Part shown: positions 37,999 through 47,950 of the stretch, piece after piece | How the letters are laid out: the number at the start of each line of letters is the position of its first letter | How positions within the stretch are numbered: the first letter of the stretch is position 1 | DNA from: an uncultured Candidatus Rokubacteria bacterium | Lineage (GTDB): Bacteria; Methylomirabilota; Methylomirabilia; Rokubacteriales; DASRDR01 | Assembly: GCA_963708025.1 (NCBI GenBank) | Contig: CAVPSB010000018.1 | Location: 320,001-384,000, forward strand | Length of the DNA: 64,000 nucleotides | Reading direction: 5' to 3' | Position numbers and translations under genes: made by a program | The notes under the pieces: model-generated | What the model was told of the DNA's origin: nothing | The model's database searches: none | The model's input: only the letters and a program-made list of their open reading frames with translations

Positions 37999-39093
37999 CT
38001 ACCTCTTGGCCAGCTCGTGGAGCGCGCGGCACACGGTCGCGATCTCCTCCGTCGTCAGGCCGGTGCCCGAGGGCAGGTTGATCCCGGTCCGGCTGAGCCG
38101 CGTGGCGACGGGGAACGGGGCGTCCGTCCGGTAGGGCGGCTGCTCGTGCAGCGGCACGAAGAACGGCCGCGAGTCCACCCCGCGCGCCCGGAGCCCTTCG
38201 CGGACCGCGTCGCGATCGCAGCCGAAGCCCGACTCGATCAGCACCGAGTACATCCAGTACACGCTCTCGGCCCACGGCTCGGCCGGGGGCCGGACCAGGC
38301 CCGGGAGGTCCGCGAGCCCGGCCTCGTAGGCGGAGGCGATCACCTTCCGGCGCTGGAGGATGCTCTCGGCCTGCTCGAGCTGGGCGCAGCCGATCGCCGC
38401 CTGGATGTTCGTCATCCGGTAGTTGAAGCCCACCTCGGGGTGGTAGTACCGGCGCTGGGGATCCATCGCGTGGTCCCGCAGGAACCGCGCGCGCTCGGCC
38501 AGGGCGCCATCGTTGGTCACCACCATCCCGCCCTCCCCGGTGGTGATGATCTTGTTTCCGTAGAACGAGAACGCCCCGATCTCGCCGAGCGCGCCGACCC
38601 GGCGGCCGTGGTACCGGGCGCCGTGGGCCTCCGCCGCGTCCTCGACCACCGCGAGGCCGTGGCGCCGGCCGAGATCCAGGAGCGGATCGAGATCCACCGG
38701 GTGGCCGTAGACGTGGACCGGGATGATGGCCCGGGTCCGCGAGGTGACCTTCCGGGCGGTGTCGGCCGGGTCCAGGCCCCAGGTCACGGGGTGGGCGTCG
38801 ACGAGGACGGGGGTGGCTCCGGTGTAGCGGACGACGTTGGCGGTGGCGATGAAGGTGAGATCGGGCACCAGCACCTCGTCCCCCGGGCCGATCCCGAGCG
38901 TGACCAGCGCCAGGTGGAGCGCGGTCGTCCCGTTCGAGGTGGCCACCGCGTGCCGGGCCTCGCAGAAGCGGGCGAAGTCACGCTCGAATCGCGGGACGTA
39001 CTCGCCGAGCGAGGAGATCCAGCCCGTGTTGACGCAGTCGAGCACGTAGCGGCGCACGTTCTCGGACAGCCAGGGGGCGAAGACCGGGATCAC
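37999..39093 (-). CDS. DegT/DnrJ/EryC1/StrS aminotransferase, perosamine-synthase-like
   Basis: GWISSLGEYV, SNGTTALHLAL, EDAAEAHGA, FSFYGNKIITTGEGG, GFNYRMTNIQAAIG. Confidence 0.92.
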   Translation of the reverse strand: MIPVFAPWLSENVRRYVLDCVNTGWISSLGEYVPRFERDFARFCEARHAVATSNGTTALHLALVTLGIGPGDEVLVPDLTFIATANVVRYTGATPVLVDAHPVTWGLDPADTARKVTSRTRAIIPVHVYGHPVDLDPLLDLGRRHGLAVVEDAAEAHGARYHGRRVGALGEIGAFSFYGNKIITTGEGGMVVTNDGALAERARFLRDHAMDPQRRYYHPEVGFNYRMTNIQAAIGCAQLEQAESILQRRKVIASAYEAGLADLPGLVRPPAEPWAESVYWMYSVLIESGFGCDRDAVREGLRARGVDSRPFFVPLHEQPPYRTDAPFPVATRLSRTGINLPSGTGLTTEEIATVCRALHELAKR

Positions 39094-40328
39094 CGCGCCT
39101 CCTCGCGCACTTCGCGCACCATGTCGCACACGTAGGCGATCTCGGCATCGGTCAGGGTCGCCCCCGACGGCAGGTACAGGCCCCGCCGGCACAGCTCCTC
39201 GGACACCGGGTAGCGCTGGCCCTGGAAGGCCGCGTAGTAGATCGGCTGGAGATGGATCGGGATGAAGAAGGTCCGGGTCTCGATGCCGCGCCGGGCCAGC
39301 CGGCGGCGCAGCTCGTCGCGCGACATGCCGAACTCGTCCTCGACCAGGAGCCCGTACATCCAGTAGACGTTGCGCACCCAGGGGCGCTCGATCGGCAGGG
39401 TCAGCCCCGGGATCCGGGAGAGCATCTTCGTGTAGCGCCGGGCGTTCGTGCGGCGGATCTCGACCAGCTCGTCGAGCCGCTCGGTCTGGGCGAGCCCGAT
39501 GGCCGCCTGCAGGTTGGTCATCCGGTAGTTGAAGCCGAGGTACTTGTGCCAGAAGTGGCGCTCGTCCGAGAAGGCGTGGTCCCGGAGTCGCCGGGCCACC
39601 CGCGCCAGCTCGGCGTCGTTGGTGGTGACCATGCCGCCCTCGCCGGTCGTGATGATCTTGTTGGCGTAGAACGAGAACGACGCGGCCCGTCCGAGGCTCC
39701 CGATCGGGCGATCCCGGTAGCGGGCCCCGTGGGCCTCGGCGGCGTCCTCCACCACCCACAGCCCCCGCCGCTCGGCCAGCTCCAGCAGGGGATCCATCTC
39801 GACCGGGTGGCCGTAGGTGTGGATGAGGAGGATGCCCCGGGTCTTCGGCGTGATCGTCCGCTCGATCTGCGCCACGTCGAAGTTCCAGGTCTCCCGCTCG
39901 GAGTCGACCAGGACCGGCGACGCCCCCGTGTAGCGGACGGCGTTGGCGGTGGCGATCATGGTGAAGGTGGGGATGATGACCTCGTCCCCCGGCCCGACGC
40001 CGAGCGTGGCCAGGGCCAGGTGGAGCGAGGTCGTCCCGTTCGAGGTGGCGATGCCGTAGCGGCAGCCCATGGCGCCGGCGAAGGCCTCCTCGAACTCCCG
40101 GATGAAGCGCCCGGCCGAGGAGATCCAGTTGGACTGGATGCACTGGGTCACGTAGCGGAGCTCGTTCCCGTCGAGCCGGGGGTCGGAGACCGGGATGATC
40201 CGGCGCGTCGGGGATTCCTCGACCACCGGGATCCGCTGGATGCGGACCTCGAGGGCCGGCTCCGGCCCGGGGATGATGTCGCCCAGCTCGGCCAGCACCG
40301 AGTCTGGCAGTCGGGTTTCCTCGATCAT
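39090..40328 (-). CDS. DegT-family aminotransferase, perosamine-synthase-like paralog
   Basis: NWISSAG, EDAAEAHGA, FSFYANKIITTGEGG, GFNYRMTNLQAAIG. Confidence 0.92.
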   Translation of the reverse strand: MIEETRLPDSVLAELGDIIPGPEPALEVRIQRIPVVEESPTRRIIPVSDPRLDGNELRYVTQCIQSNWISSAGRFIREFEEAFAGAMGCRYGIATSNGTTSLHLALATLGVGPGDEVIIPTFTMIATANAVRYTGASPVLVDSERETWNFDVAQIERTITPKTRGILLIHTYGHPVEMDPLLELAERRGLWVVEDAAEAHGARYRDRPIGSLGRAASFSFYANKIITTGEGGMVTTNDAELARVARRLRDHAFSDERHFWHKYLGFNYRMTNLQAAIGLAQTERLDELVEIRRTNARRYTKMLSRIPGLTLPIERPWVRNVYWMYGLLVEDEFGMSRDELRRRLARRGIETRTFFIPIHLQPIYYAAFQGQRYPVSEELCRRGLYLPSGATLTDAEIAYVCDMVREVREEAR

Positions 40329-41071
40329 GAGCGGTCCCTCCCGGTGACGGTGTCCCAGCGGAGCTGCAGGATCGTGCCCACGTAGCGCAGGCCCAGGGCC
40401 GTGAAGCGGCCGAGATCCGGGCTGGTCTTGGTCTCGCCGGCCCGCCGCTCGACGTTCACGTACGGGACCTCGACCACCCGGAGCCCGGCCCGGCAGGCGC
40501 GGTAGAGGAAGTCGATGCAGTAGTCCCCGTAGACGTAGTGCGTGCGGAGCGGCACCCGCTCCAGCGCCGCCCGGCGCGCCGCGACGAAGCCCGAGGTCCA
40601 GTCACGCACGGGCCCGCCCAGGCAGAGGGTGGCGACCAGGTTGATGGCCTGCGAGGCCCGGATGCGGAGCCGCGAGTCCCGCGCGTCCGAGCCGCCCGGC
40701 GCGTACCGCGAGGCGACCGCGACGTCGGCGGCCCGCGAGGCGTCCGCCAGCCGGGTGATGACCTCGGCCGGCATCGAGCCGTCGGCGTCCAGCCACACGA
40801 CCACCTCACCCTTGGTCTCGGCGACGCCCTCGGCGAGCGCGGAGGGAAGCCCGCGCCGTCCGATCCGGCGCCGGACGCGGACCCGCCCGTCGCCGCGGAA
40901 GGCGTCCTCGACCGCTTGCCAGGTGCGATCGGGGGAGTCGTCGTCGACCACGAGCACCTCGGCGTCCGGCACCGCGTCGAGGATCTCCCGCACGACGCCG
41001 ACGATGACGAGGCCCTCGTTGTAGGTCGGCAGGATGACGGAGGTCTGTCCGACACCTGGGTTGTTCATCAC
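40325..41071 (-). CDS. Polyprenol-phosphate glycosyltransferase (DPM1-like GT2)
   Basis: SVILPTYNE, VVDDDSPDRT, WLDADGS, RDWTSGF, RRAGETK. Confidence 0.88.
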   Translation of the reverse strand: MMNNPGVGQTSVILPTYNEGLVIVGVVREILDAVPDAEVLVVDDDSPDRTWQAVEDAFRGDGRVRVRRRIGRRGLPSALAEGVAETKGEVVVWLDADGSMPAEVITRLADASRAADVAVASRYAPGGSDARDSRLRIRASQAINLVATLCLGGPVRDWTSGFVAARRAALERVPLRTHYVYGDYCIDFLYRACRAGLRVVEVPYVNVERRAGETKTSPDLGRFTALGLRYVGTILQLRWDTVTGRDRS

Positions 41072-41826
41072 GCGTGCCTCAGTGACGCGCTCGCCTGTTT
41101 CCGGGCCACGCAGAGGACCGAGCTGCCGAACGGCAGCGGGATCCAGCGGAGCAGGACTCGCTCGACCGCCTGGACCGCGAGCAGGACGGCGGTGAGCGCC
41201 CGCGGGAGCGGGAAGACGTCCGAGCCCTCGCCCGCCTCCGGGCCCCGGAGCCGCCGGGCCAGCCGGAAGGCGGCCACCGCCGGGAAGACCAGGCAGTAGG
41301 TGTAGGAGGCGAAGAGCGGCGTGAAGCCGGCGGCCCGGACGCGGGCCACCAGCTCGCCCCGCGTGTAGCGCCGGCGGCCGTGGACCGCCTCGTCGTGGGC
41401 GGAGCGGAGCCAGGCGAAAGCGGAGTCGGTGACGACCAGGAGCCCGCCCCCGGCCAGCACGCGGTGACACTCGGCGAGGGCGGCGGCGTCCGAGCCGACC
41501 GCGCGGTGGTAGAGGACGTCGAGGCACAGGCAGGCGTCGAAGGCGCCGCTCTCGAAGGGCAGGGCCAGGGCATCCGCGGTCACCAGCCGGGCCAGGCCGC
41601 GCTTCCGGGCGAAGGCGAGGGCGAGCGGCTCGGCGTCGGTCCCCACCCATCGACCGTGACCGGCCAGGGTCTGCAGCATCCCGCCGGTGCCGCAGCCGAC
41701 GTCGAGCCCGCGCCGGCCGGTCCGGCCATGGCGCATGATCATCGAGAGGACCAGGGCCCGCTTGGCGCGGAACCACCAGTGCTCTCCCTCGAAGGCGAAG
41801 CTCCGCTCGTACTCTCGCCGGTCCAT
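41068..41826 (-). CDS. Class I SAM-dependent methyltransferase
   Basis: EHWWFRAKR, LDVGCGTG, DALALPF, LDVLYH, SAHDEAVHGRRRY. Confidence 0.9.
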   Translation of the reverse strand: MDRREYERSFAFEGEHWWFRAKRALVLSMIMRHGRTGRRGLDVGCGTGGMLQTLAGHGRWVGTDAEPLALAFARKRGLARLVTADALALPFESGAFDACLCLDVLYHRAVGSDAAALAECHRVLAGGGLLVVTDSAFAWLRSAHDEAVHGRRRYTRGELVARVRAAGFTPLFASYTYCLVFPAVAAFRLARRLRGPEAGEGSDVFPLPRALTAVLLAVQAVERVLLRWIPLPFGSSVLCVARKQASASLRHA

Positions 41827-43049
41827 TATCCGGGCCGCTCGCGACGCTCCGCGCCTTCGTCGCTCACTCGGGAGAACACCCGCTCGAGGAAGTCGAGGTA
41901 CCGCTGCGTGATGCTCGGCCAGCGATACCGCGCCTCGACGTAGGCCCGCCCGCGCTCGCCGAGAGCCTTGCGGAGCCCCTCGTCGGCGACGAGGGCGTCC
42001 AGGCGCGTCGCGAAGTCGGCGGGGCTACCGTCGTAGAGCAGGCCCCCGCCCGAGCGCTCGACGTGGCCGCGGAGGACCGGCGAGCGCGACGTCGCCAGGA
42101 CCGGCGTCCCCTGGGCCCAGGCCTCGAGGAGCACGAAGGAGAAGCTCTCGTGGGGCGACGGCATGACGAGGGCGGTGGCGCCCGTCAGCGCATCCCACTT
42201 CTCCGCCTCCGGGCGGAAGCCGAGCGCCCGCAGGTCGGGGTGGCGCGGGAGCCGCATGGCGGCGGTGCCCATGAGCACCAGCGAGAGCGGCTCCCGGCTG
42301 CGGGCGCGCCAGGCCAGGAACGCGTCGGCCAGCGCTCCGCAGCCTTTCTCGACGTCGACCCGGCCCACGTACAGGAGGTACGGCCCGGCCAGCCCCGTCT
42401 GCCGGCGGAACCGGTCGGGCTGGGCGTCGGGGACCGGGTCCACGCCGCCGCCGATGACGGCGGACGGGATGTGGCCGGTGCGGAATCGGGACTCCACGAA
42501 CGCCTTCTCCTCCTCGACCTGGAACACGAAGGCGCGCGGGAGCCGGAAGAGGCCCCGGAAGAGGTCGAGGTAGATCGGGCGCTCGTCGTGGGCGGTCGGC
42601 ACCAGCACGGCCTTGTGGGCGACCAGCGGGAGGCCGAGGACCGTGGGCAGGTAGAGGTAGGTGAAGAAGAGGAAGCCGTCGTGGTCGTCGGCGTGGTCCC
42701 GGATCCAGTCGACCAGCGAGAGGGCGAGCGGGCCCTGGCGGCGCACCCACTCCGCCTCGTCGAACCAGGTGTGCGGACGGGCGTAGAGCCGGTCGGCGTA
42801 GCGCCCGAACGCGCGGACGCGGCGCGGGCGTTCGACGGGGAATCGCCGCACCCGAACCCCGTGCACGGTCTCGACCCCGGGCCGGTAGACGTTCCGCCAG
42901 GTCGGGTAGTCGCGGGCGCAGGTGGTGAGGACCTCGACGTCGTGATGCGGAGCCAGGGCCTCGGCCACGCGGCGGCACTCGTACTCGGCGCCCCCGTCGA
43001 TCTCGGGGCCGTAGCGCTGCACCACGAAGGCGAGCTTGAGCCGCTTCAT
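41826..43049 (-). CDS. GT4 glycosyltransferase
   Basis: FVVQRYG..GGAE, VLTTCARDY, YVGRVDVEKG, PSPHESFSFVLLEAW. Confidence 0.9.
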   Translation of the reverse strand: MKRLKLAFVVQRYGPEIDGGAEYECRRVAEALAPHHDVEVLTTCARDYPTWRNVYRPGVETVHGVRVRRFPVERPRRVRAFGRYADRLYARPHTWFDEAEWVRRQGPLALSLVDWIRDHADDHDGFLFFTYLYLPTVLGLPLVAHKAVLVPTAHDERPIYLDLFRGLFRLPRAFVFQVEEEKAFVESRFRTGHIPSAVIGGGVDPVPDAQPDRFRRQTGLAGPYLLYVGRVDVEKGCGALADAFLAWRARSREPLSLVLMGTAAMRLPRHPDLRALGFRPEAEKWDALTGATALVMPSPHESFSFVLLEAWAQGTPVLATSRSPVLRGHVERSGGGLLYDGSPADFATRLDALVADEGLRKALGERGRAYVEARYRWPSITQRYLDFLERVFSRVSDEGAERRERPG

Positions 43050-44113
43050 GGCCCGGTCAGCGCGTCGAGGTGAGCCCGGAACCCGGCGCCGATCACCGCG
43101 GTGTCGAATGCCTTCAGCCGCTCGCGCTGGCCGGCGACGACGGCGTCCCTCAGCACCGGCTCGGCCACCACCCGGTGGATCAGCTCGGCGATCATCGGGA
43201 AGTCCGCCTCCTCGACCAGGAGGCCGGCGCCGCCCAGGGTTCCCGGGACGCCGGCGGCCGCGTAGGCGACGATGGGCACCCCGAAGTGCATCGCCTCCAG
43301 CAGGGGCACGCAGAAGCCCTCGTGCTCGGACATCGACAGGTAGACGGCGGCGAGGCGGTAGTAGGTGCAGAGCTCCGCCTGCGGCACCGAGCCCGTGAAC
43401 ACCACGCCGTCCAGGACTCCCAGCTCGGCCGCCAGCTTCTGCAAGCCGGCCAGGTACCCCTCGGTGTCGACGGCCGAGCCGACGACGATGAGGCGGCTCC
43501 CGGGATCGAGGCGCCGGTAGAAGTAGTAGATCTTGATCAGGTGCTCGATGCGCTTGTTGGGGGCGATCCGGCCGACGTAGAGGAGGTTCGTCCCCTGACG
43601 ATAGCTCTGCTCCAGGGCGCGGACCGGCGGGTGGCCGTAGCTGGGCCAGTCGAGCAGGATGGGCAGGACGCCGGTCCGCCGGAAGCCGGCCGCCTCCAGC
43701 TCCCGCCGGTTGAACTCGGAGACCCCGAGGGCGAGGTCCGTGACCGCGGCCAGGCGCTGGAGCTCCCACCGTCCCCGGCGGCAGCGGTCGGCGACGCGGG
43801 CGTTGACACCGACGAAGTACTCGGGCGGCGTGATGTTGTGGTACACGAGCACCTTGCGGTCGGGGAGCCCGGCGAAGAAGCTGGTGACCTCGGAGCCGAT
43901 CGAGAAGTGGAACAGCACGACGTTCCGCGGATCGGCGAGGTCGCGGTAGCGGGTGAAGAAGCGGGTGTCCCGGACGAGGCTCTCGTGGATGTACTGCGCG
44001 AAGACCTCGGAGGCGTAGCCCCAGCCGCGCAGGAGCCCGCGGAGCGCCCGGATGTGGTTGCCGATGGCGTCGCCGACGTCGAAGTTGGAGGTGAGCTGGT
44101 GGACGGCGCTCAT
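43046..44113 (-). CDS. GT4 glycosyltransferase
   Basis: GDAIGNH, YHNITP, YVGRIAPNK, SEHEGFCVPLLEAM. Confidence 0.9.
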   Translation of the reverse strand: MSAVHQLTSNFDVGDAIGNHIRALRGLLRGWGYASEVFAQYIHESLVRDTRFFTRYRDLADPRNVVLFHFSIGSEVTSFFAGLPDRKVLVYHNITPPEYFVGVNARVADRCRRGRWELQRLAAVTDLALGVSEFNRRELEAAGFRRTGVLPILLDWPSYGHPPVRALEQSYRQGTNLLYVGRIAPNKRIEHLIKIYYFYRRLDPGSRLIVVGSAVDTEGYLAGLQKLAAELGVLDGVVFTGSVPQAELCTYYRLAAVYLSMSEHEGFCVPLLEAMHFGVPIVAYAAAGVPGTLGGAGLLVEEADFPMIAELIHRVVAEPVLRDAVVAGQRERLKAFDTAVIGAGFRAHLDALTGP

Positions 44114-45309
44114 CCGAGCTTCGCCCCCAGGCGGTTCAGGACGTCCAGGTAGTTGCCGGTCACCCGCTCCCAGGTGAAGTTCGCCAGCACGTACGCGCGC
44201 CCGTTCTCGGCCATCCGCCGGCGGAGGGTCTCGTCGCCCAGGAGCAGCTCGACCGCCTCGACGAACTCGAAGTAGTCGCCGAAGAAGAGCCCGCCGTTCG
44301 ACGCCAGGCAGTGCTCGCGGGTCACCGGGCAGCCGGCAGTGGACCAGGACGGGGGCGCCGGCCGAGCCAGGCCTCCATCATGACGATGGAGAAGCTCTCC
44401 AGCAGCGAGGGCTGGCAGAGGGCCAGGGCCGCCGCGTAGGCGTCGAGCTTGTCCTGGGCCGGCACGAAGCCGAGGTCGAGGACGTCCCGGCCGAGGCGCT
44501 CGGGAACGCGGACGCCGCCCGCGCCGATCAGCACGAGCTTGAGCGGGCTGCTCCGGGTGCGTGAAGCGATACCGGGCGTAGTACTCGACCAGCAGCGGCG
44601 TGTTCTTCTCGCGCGCCTTCCGGCCGGCGTAGAGCAGGAAGGGGTCGCGGATGCCGTACTTCCGCCGGAACCGCGCGCCGTCGCCGGCGAGGTCGGTGTC
44701 CACGCCCTCGCCGACCAGGACGGAAGTTCCCGGACTCGCGACCGGCCACCGCCTCCCCGAGCGCCCGCTCGGCCGGGACGTGGAAGCACACGGCCCGGAC
44801 CGCGCGCAGGACCCGGCGCGTCCAGCGCGAGGTGGGCGAACGGCTCGTCGTGGAGGCAGGGGATCAGGAGCGAGCGGTCCGGCGCGACCAGCGCCCCCTC
44901 CCAGGTCGTGCCGAAGCAGTAGGGGATGAAGGCGTACCAGTAGCGATCGCGCTCGGCGGCCAGGTAGGCGTAGAGGTCGTTCGAGTTGACCGACTCCCGG
45001 ACGAAGTCCTCCTCCTCGAAGGAGGTGAGGCGGCCCCCGAGCTGGAGCCGCCAGTGGAGGCGCACGTAGCGCTCCGGATCGCGCGGCCGGACCTTGAAGC
45101 GGCGGACGGTCAGGCCGTCCTCCTCGGTCACGCCCTCCGGGTGGTGGTCGCTCCACTCCGAGGCGTGGTCCCGCGCGCAGGTGGTCAGGATCTCCACCGG
45201 CACCCCGCGGGCGGCCAGCGCCCGGGCGGTGGCCCGGCACTCGGCCTCGGCGCCGCCGGCGATGCCGGCGCCCGTACCAGGGGGTGACGAAGGCGAGGGT
45301 GTCAGGCAA
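44110..45309 (-). CDS. GT4 glycosyltransferase (frameshifted)
   Basis: AFVTPWYG, GGAEAEC, IPCLHDEP, YAGRKAREKN, PSLLESFSIVMMEAW across frames. Confidence 0.85.
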   Translation of the reverse strand: MPDTLAFVTPWYGRRHRRRRRGRVPGHRPGAGRPRGAGGDPDHLRAGPRLGVERPPPGGRDRGGRPDRPPLQGPAARSGALRAPPLAAPARGPPHLLRGGGLRPGVGQLERPLRLPGRRARSLLVRLHPLLLRHDLGGGAGRAGPLAPDPLPPRRAVRPPRAGRAGSCARSGPCASTSRPSGRSGRRWPVASPGTSVLVGEGVDTDLAGDGARFRRKYGIRDPFLLYAGRKAREKNTPLLVEYYARYRFTHPEQPAQARADRRGRRPRSRAPRPGRPRPRLRAGPGQARRLRGGPGPLPALAAGELLHRHDGGLARPAPPSWSTAGCPVTREHCLASNGGLFFGDYFEFVEAVELLLGDETLRRRMAENGRAYVLANFTWERVTGNYLDVLNRLGAKLG

Positions 45310-46487
45310 CCAGCTTCTCCAGCGTGTCGCGGAGCCGCGCGGTCACGGCGGGCCAGGCGTACTCCGTCTCCACGTACGTCCGGCCCTGGGCGGCCAGCCG
45401 CGCGCGCAGCGGGGCGTCCTCGAGGAGGCGGGTCAGCGCCTCGGCGAACTCGTAGAAGTCGCCGAAGGCGAGACCGCCGCCGGCCTGGAAGACGTGGTGG
45501 GTCGTGACCGGACAGTCGGCGTGGACGAGCACGGGCGTCCCGGCCAGCCAGGCCTCCATGAGCACGATCGAGAACGACTCGTTGAGCGACGGCTGGCAGA
45601 CGACCGTGGCCGCGGCGTAGGCCGCGGCCTTGTCGGCCGGCTCCAGGTAGCCCAGGTCGCGGCACACCCTCGGCGCCGGGGGGCACCGTCACCGGCCCGT
45701 CCCCGGCCAGGACGAGGGTGAGGTCGCGGCGGTGGGTCTCGCGGTAGCGGCGGACGTACTCGATCAGGAGGTGCGACGTTCTTGCCCAGCTCCTTCCGGC
45801 CGAGATAGAGGAGGAGCGGGCCCTCGAGGCGGTGCCGTCGCCGGAAGCGCGCCGGGACGCTCGGGTCCGGCGGCGGGCGGCGGGTCGAAGCCGAGGCCGA
45901 CCACGCCCGACGGCCGGTCGCCGATGTCGTAGAGCTTCGCGGGCCAGCGCGGCCTCGGGCGCCGAGTTGAAGATGAAGCCACGGCAGGCCTCGACCATCG
46001 CCCGGACGACGCCCAGGTAGGCGAACGGCTCGTCGTGGAGACACGGGATGAGCGCGGCGCGCTCGGGCACGAGCTGGACGCCCCAGAGCGTGGTGCCGAA
46101 GAGGTAGGGGGCGAAGCAGACGACGTCGTAGGCGGCGCGGTGGCGGACCAGGTGGGCGTAGAGGTCGGGGCTCGAGACCGACTCCTCGGCCCAGGCGAGC
46201 TCGTCGTCCACGCTGAGGCGCCCCCCCATCAGGATGCGCTTCTGGAGCCAGCCGAAGCGCCGCTCGTTCCGCGGCTTGACCGGGAACCGGTGGACGGTGA
46301 CGCCGCCCTCCCGGGCGGCGCCGGGGCGGTGCGTGTTCTTCCAGGTGAGGTGATCGCGGGCGCAGGTGGTCAGCACCTCGACCCGGGTGCCGGCGACGGC
46401 CAGGTGCTCGGCGAGGCCGCGGGTCAGGGTCTCGGCGCCCCCGACGATGCCCTCCCCGTAGCGCGGCACGACGAACGCGACGTTCAC
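45302..46487 (-). CDS. GT4 glycosyltransferase (frameshifted)
   Basis: AFVVPRYG..VGGAE, IPCLHDEP, YLGRKELGKN, PSLNESFSIVLMEAW. Confidence 0.85.
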
Positions 46488-46498
46488 GGACTGTCCAA

Positions 46499-46550
46499 CA
46501 GGGGGGGAGTCCCAACCACTCCCCCCCTGGACCCCCCCACCTGGGGGTCG
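46499..46550 (-). repeat. G-run repeat family copy
   Basis: Reverse complement reads cgacccccaggtgggggggtccagggggggagtggttgggactcccc...ctg. Confidence 0.8.
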
Positions 46551-46575
46551 CTCGGCCACGCGGGCGATCTCGGGC

Positions 46576-47950
46576 TCATCGCTTGCGGCCGATCACGGCG
46601 TAGTCCTGGGCGCCCCACAGGAGGTCGTTCAGCCGCGCGAAGTTGTCGTTGAGGGCCTGGAGGAACGCCTCCTCGTAGCGGCGCATGTACCAGAGCGGCT
46701 CCAGCGGCTGGAGCTTCATGTCCGGCGGGTACGGGTTCACGTACCGCACCTCGACCTCGCGGAAGCCGGCCGCCTCCAGGACGAAGCGGGCCGCCTCCGG
46801 GTGGATCGGCTTGATGTGGGTCAGATCGACGTAGAAGGCGCCCGAGAAGACGGTGAGGCACGCCGGATTCGGCGTCTCGCAGAGGAGGACGCCGCCCGGC
46901 CGGAGCTTCTGGCGTGGGCCAGCCGGACGAGGGCGACCAGGGCCTCCGGCGGCAGGTGCTCGATGACCTGGGCGCAGAAGATGCCGCCCAGCGTCCCGTC
47001 GGGCAGCTGCCGGCCGAGGTAGGCGAGCGCGTCGGCCTGCTCGACGTCGAGCCCGGCCTCGCGGCAGGTCGCCACCATGCCGGCGTCGGTGTCGATCCCG
47101 CGGGCCTCCATCTTGGCCTCGCCGGCAGAGCTCCAGGAACTCGCCCCGGCCGCAGCCGACGTCCAGCACGGGACCGGCCGGGAAGAGGTCGAGGTAGGCG
47201 CGCTGGCGCTGCCGGATCTGCTCGCGGCTTCCCCGGTGGCGATCCTCGAACCGGAGGTACGCCTCGCCGGAGCAGGCGGCCGGCGTCCGGCGGGACGACC
47301 GGCCGGGGGGCCAGCGCGATCGCGCCGCCCGGGGCCCGGGCCCGGTCGACGGCGGCTCTGCAGCCGAGCCAGCTCGCCGCCCATCGCCTCGATGCGCTCC
47401 GGCCAGCTCGCGGTGGCGCTTCTGCTCCTCGGCGTGCGTCGACGGTCAGCCGCTCGTGCGTCGCCAGCGACAGCTCCTCGAGCTGGCGCGGAGACCCGAC
47501 CAGCCCGTCCTGGAGCTGGTCGCGCACCGGCAGGACGAAGGCGTTCAGGAGGTGGAGGAGCGTGCGTGTTGAACTCGACCTGCGGGCGCAGGACCATGGC
47601 GGTGTAGGGCCGGGTGGCCTGGCGGAGGAGCCGCTTGGCGCCGACGATGACCGGGCCCAGGCCCCGCCCGGTGCGAGGTGATGGCCGGCGTCGCGGTGGT
47701 GTCCCAGACGTCGTTCAGGGCGGCCAGGTGGTGACTCGACCTCCTCGTGGAAGCCGGGCAGGACCTCGGTGACCTCCAGCTCCATCTGGGCGATGCGCCG
47801 GACCTCGTCCTCGGAGTAGAAGCCGGAGGCGCGCCGCTCCCGGACCCGCGTCTTGATCTCCTCCATCAGCCGGGCGACGTCGACCGCGCCCGTCCCTGTC
47901 GTCTGGTCGGCCACGCGGGCGGCGTCGGGGCTCGGGGTGCGCACGCTCAC
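46576..47950 (-). CDS. Coiled-coil plus SAM methyltransferase, putative O-polysaccharide chain-capping enzyme (frameshifted)
   Basis: DVARLMEEIK, RPQVEFN, FEDRHRGSREQI, LDVGCGRGEFL, AQVIEHL, ETPNP, FYVDLTHIKPIHP, GAQDYAVI; follows wzt. Confidence 0.8.
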
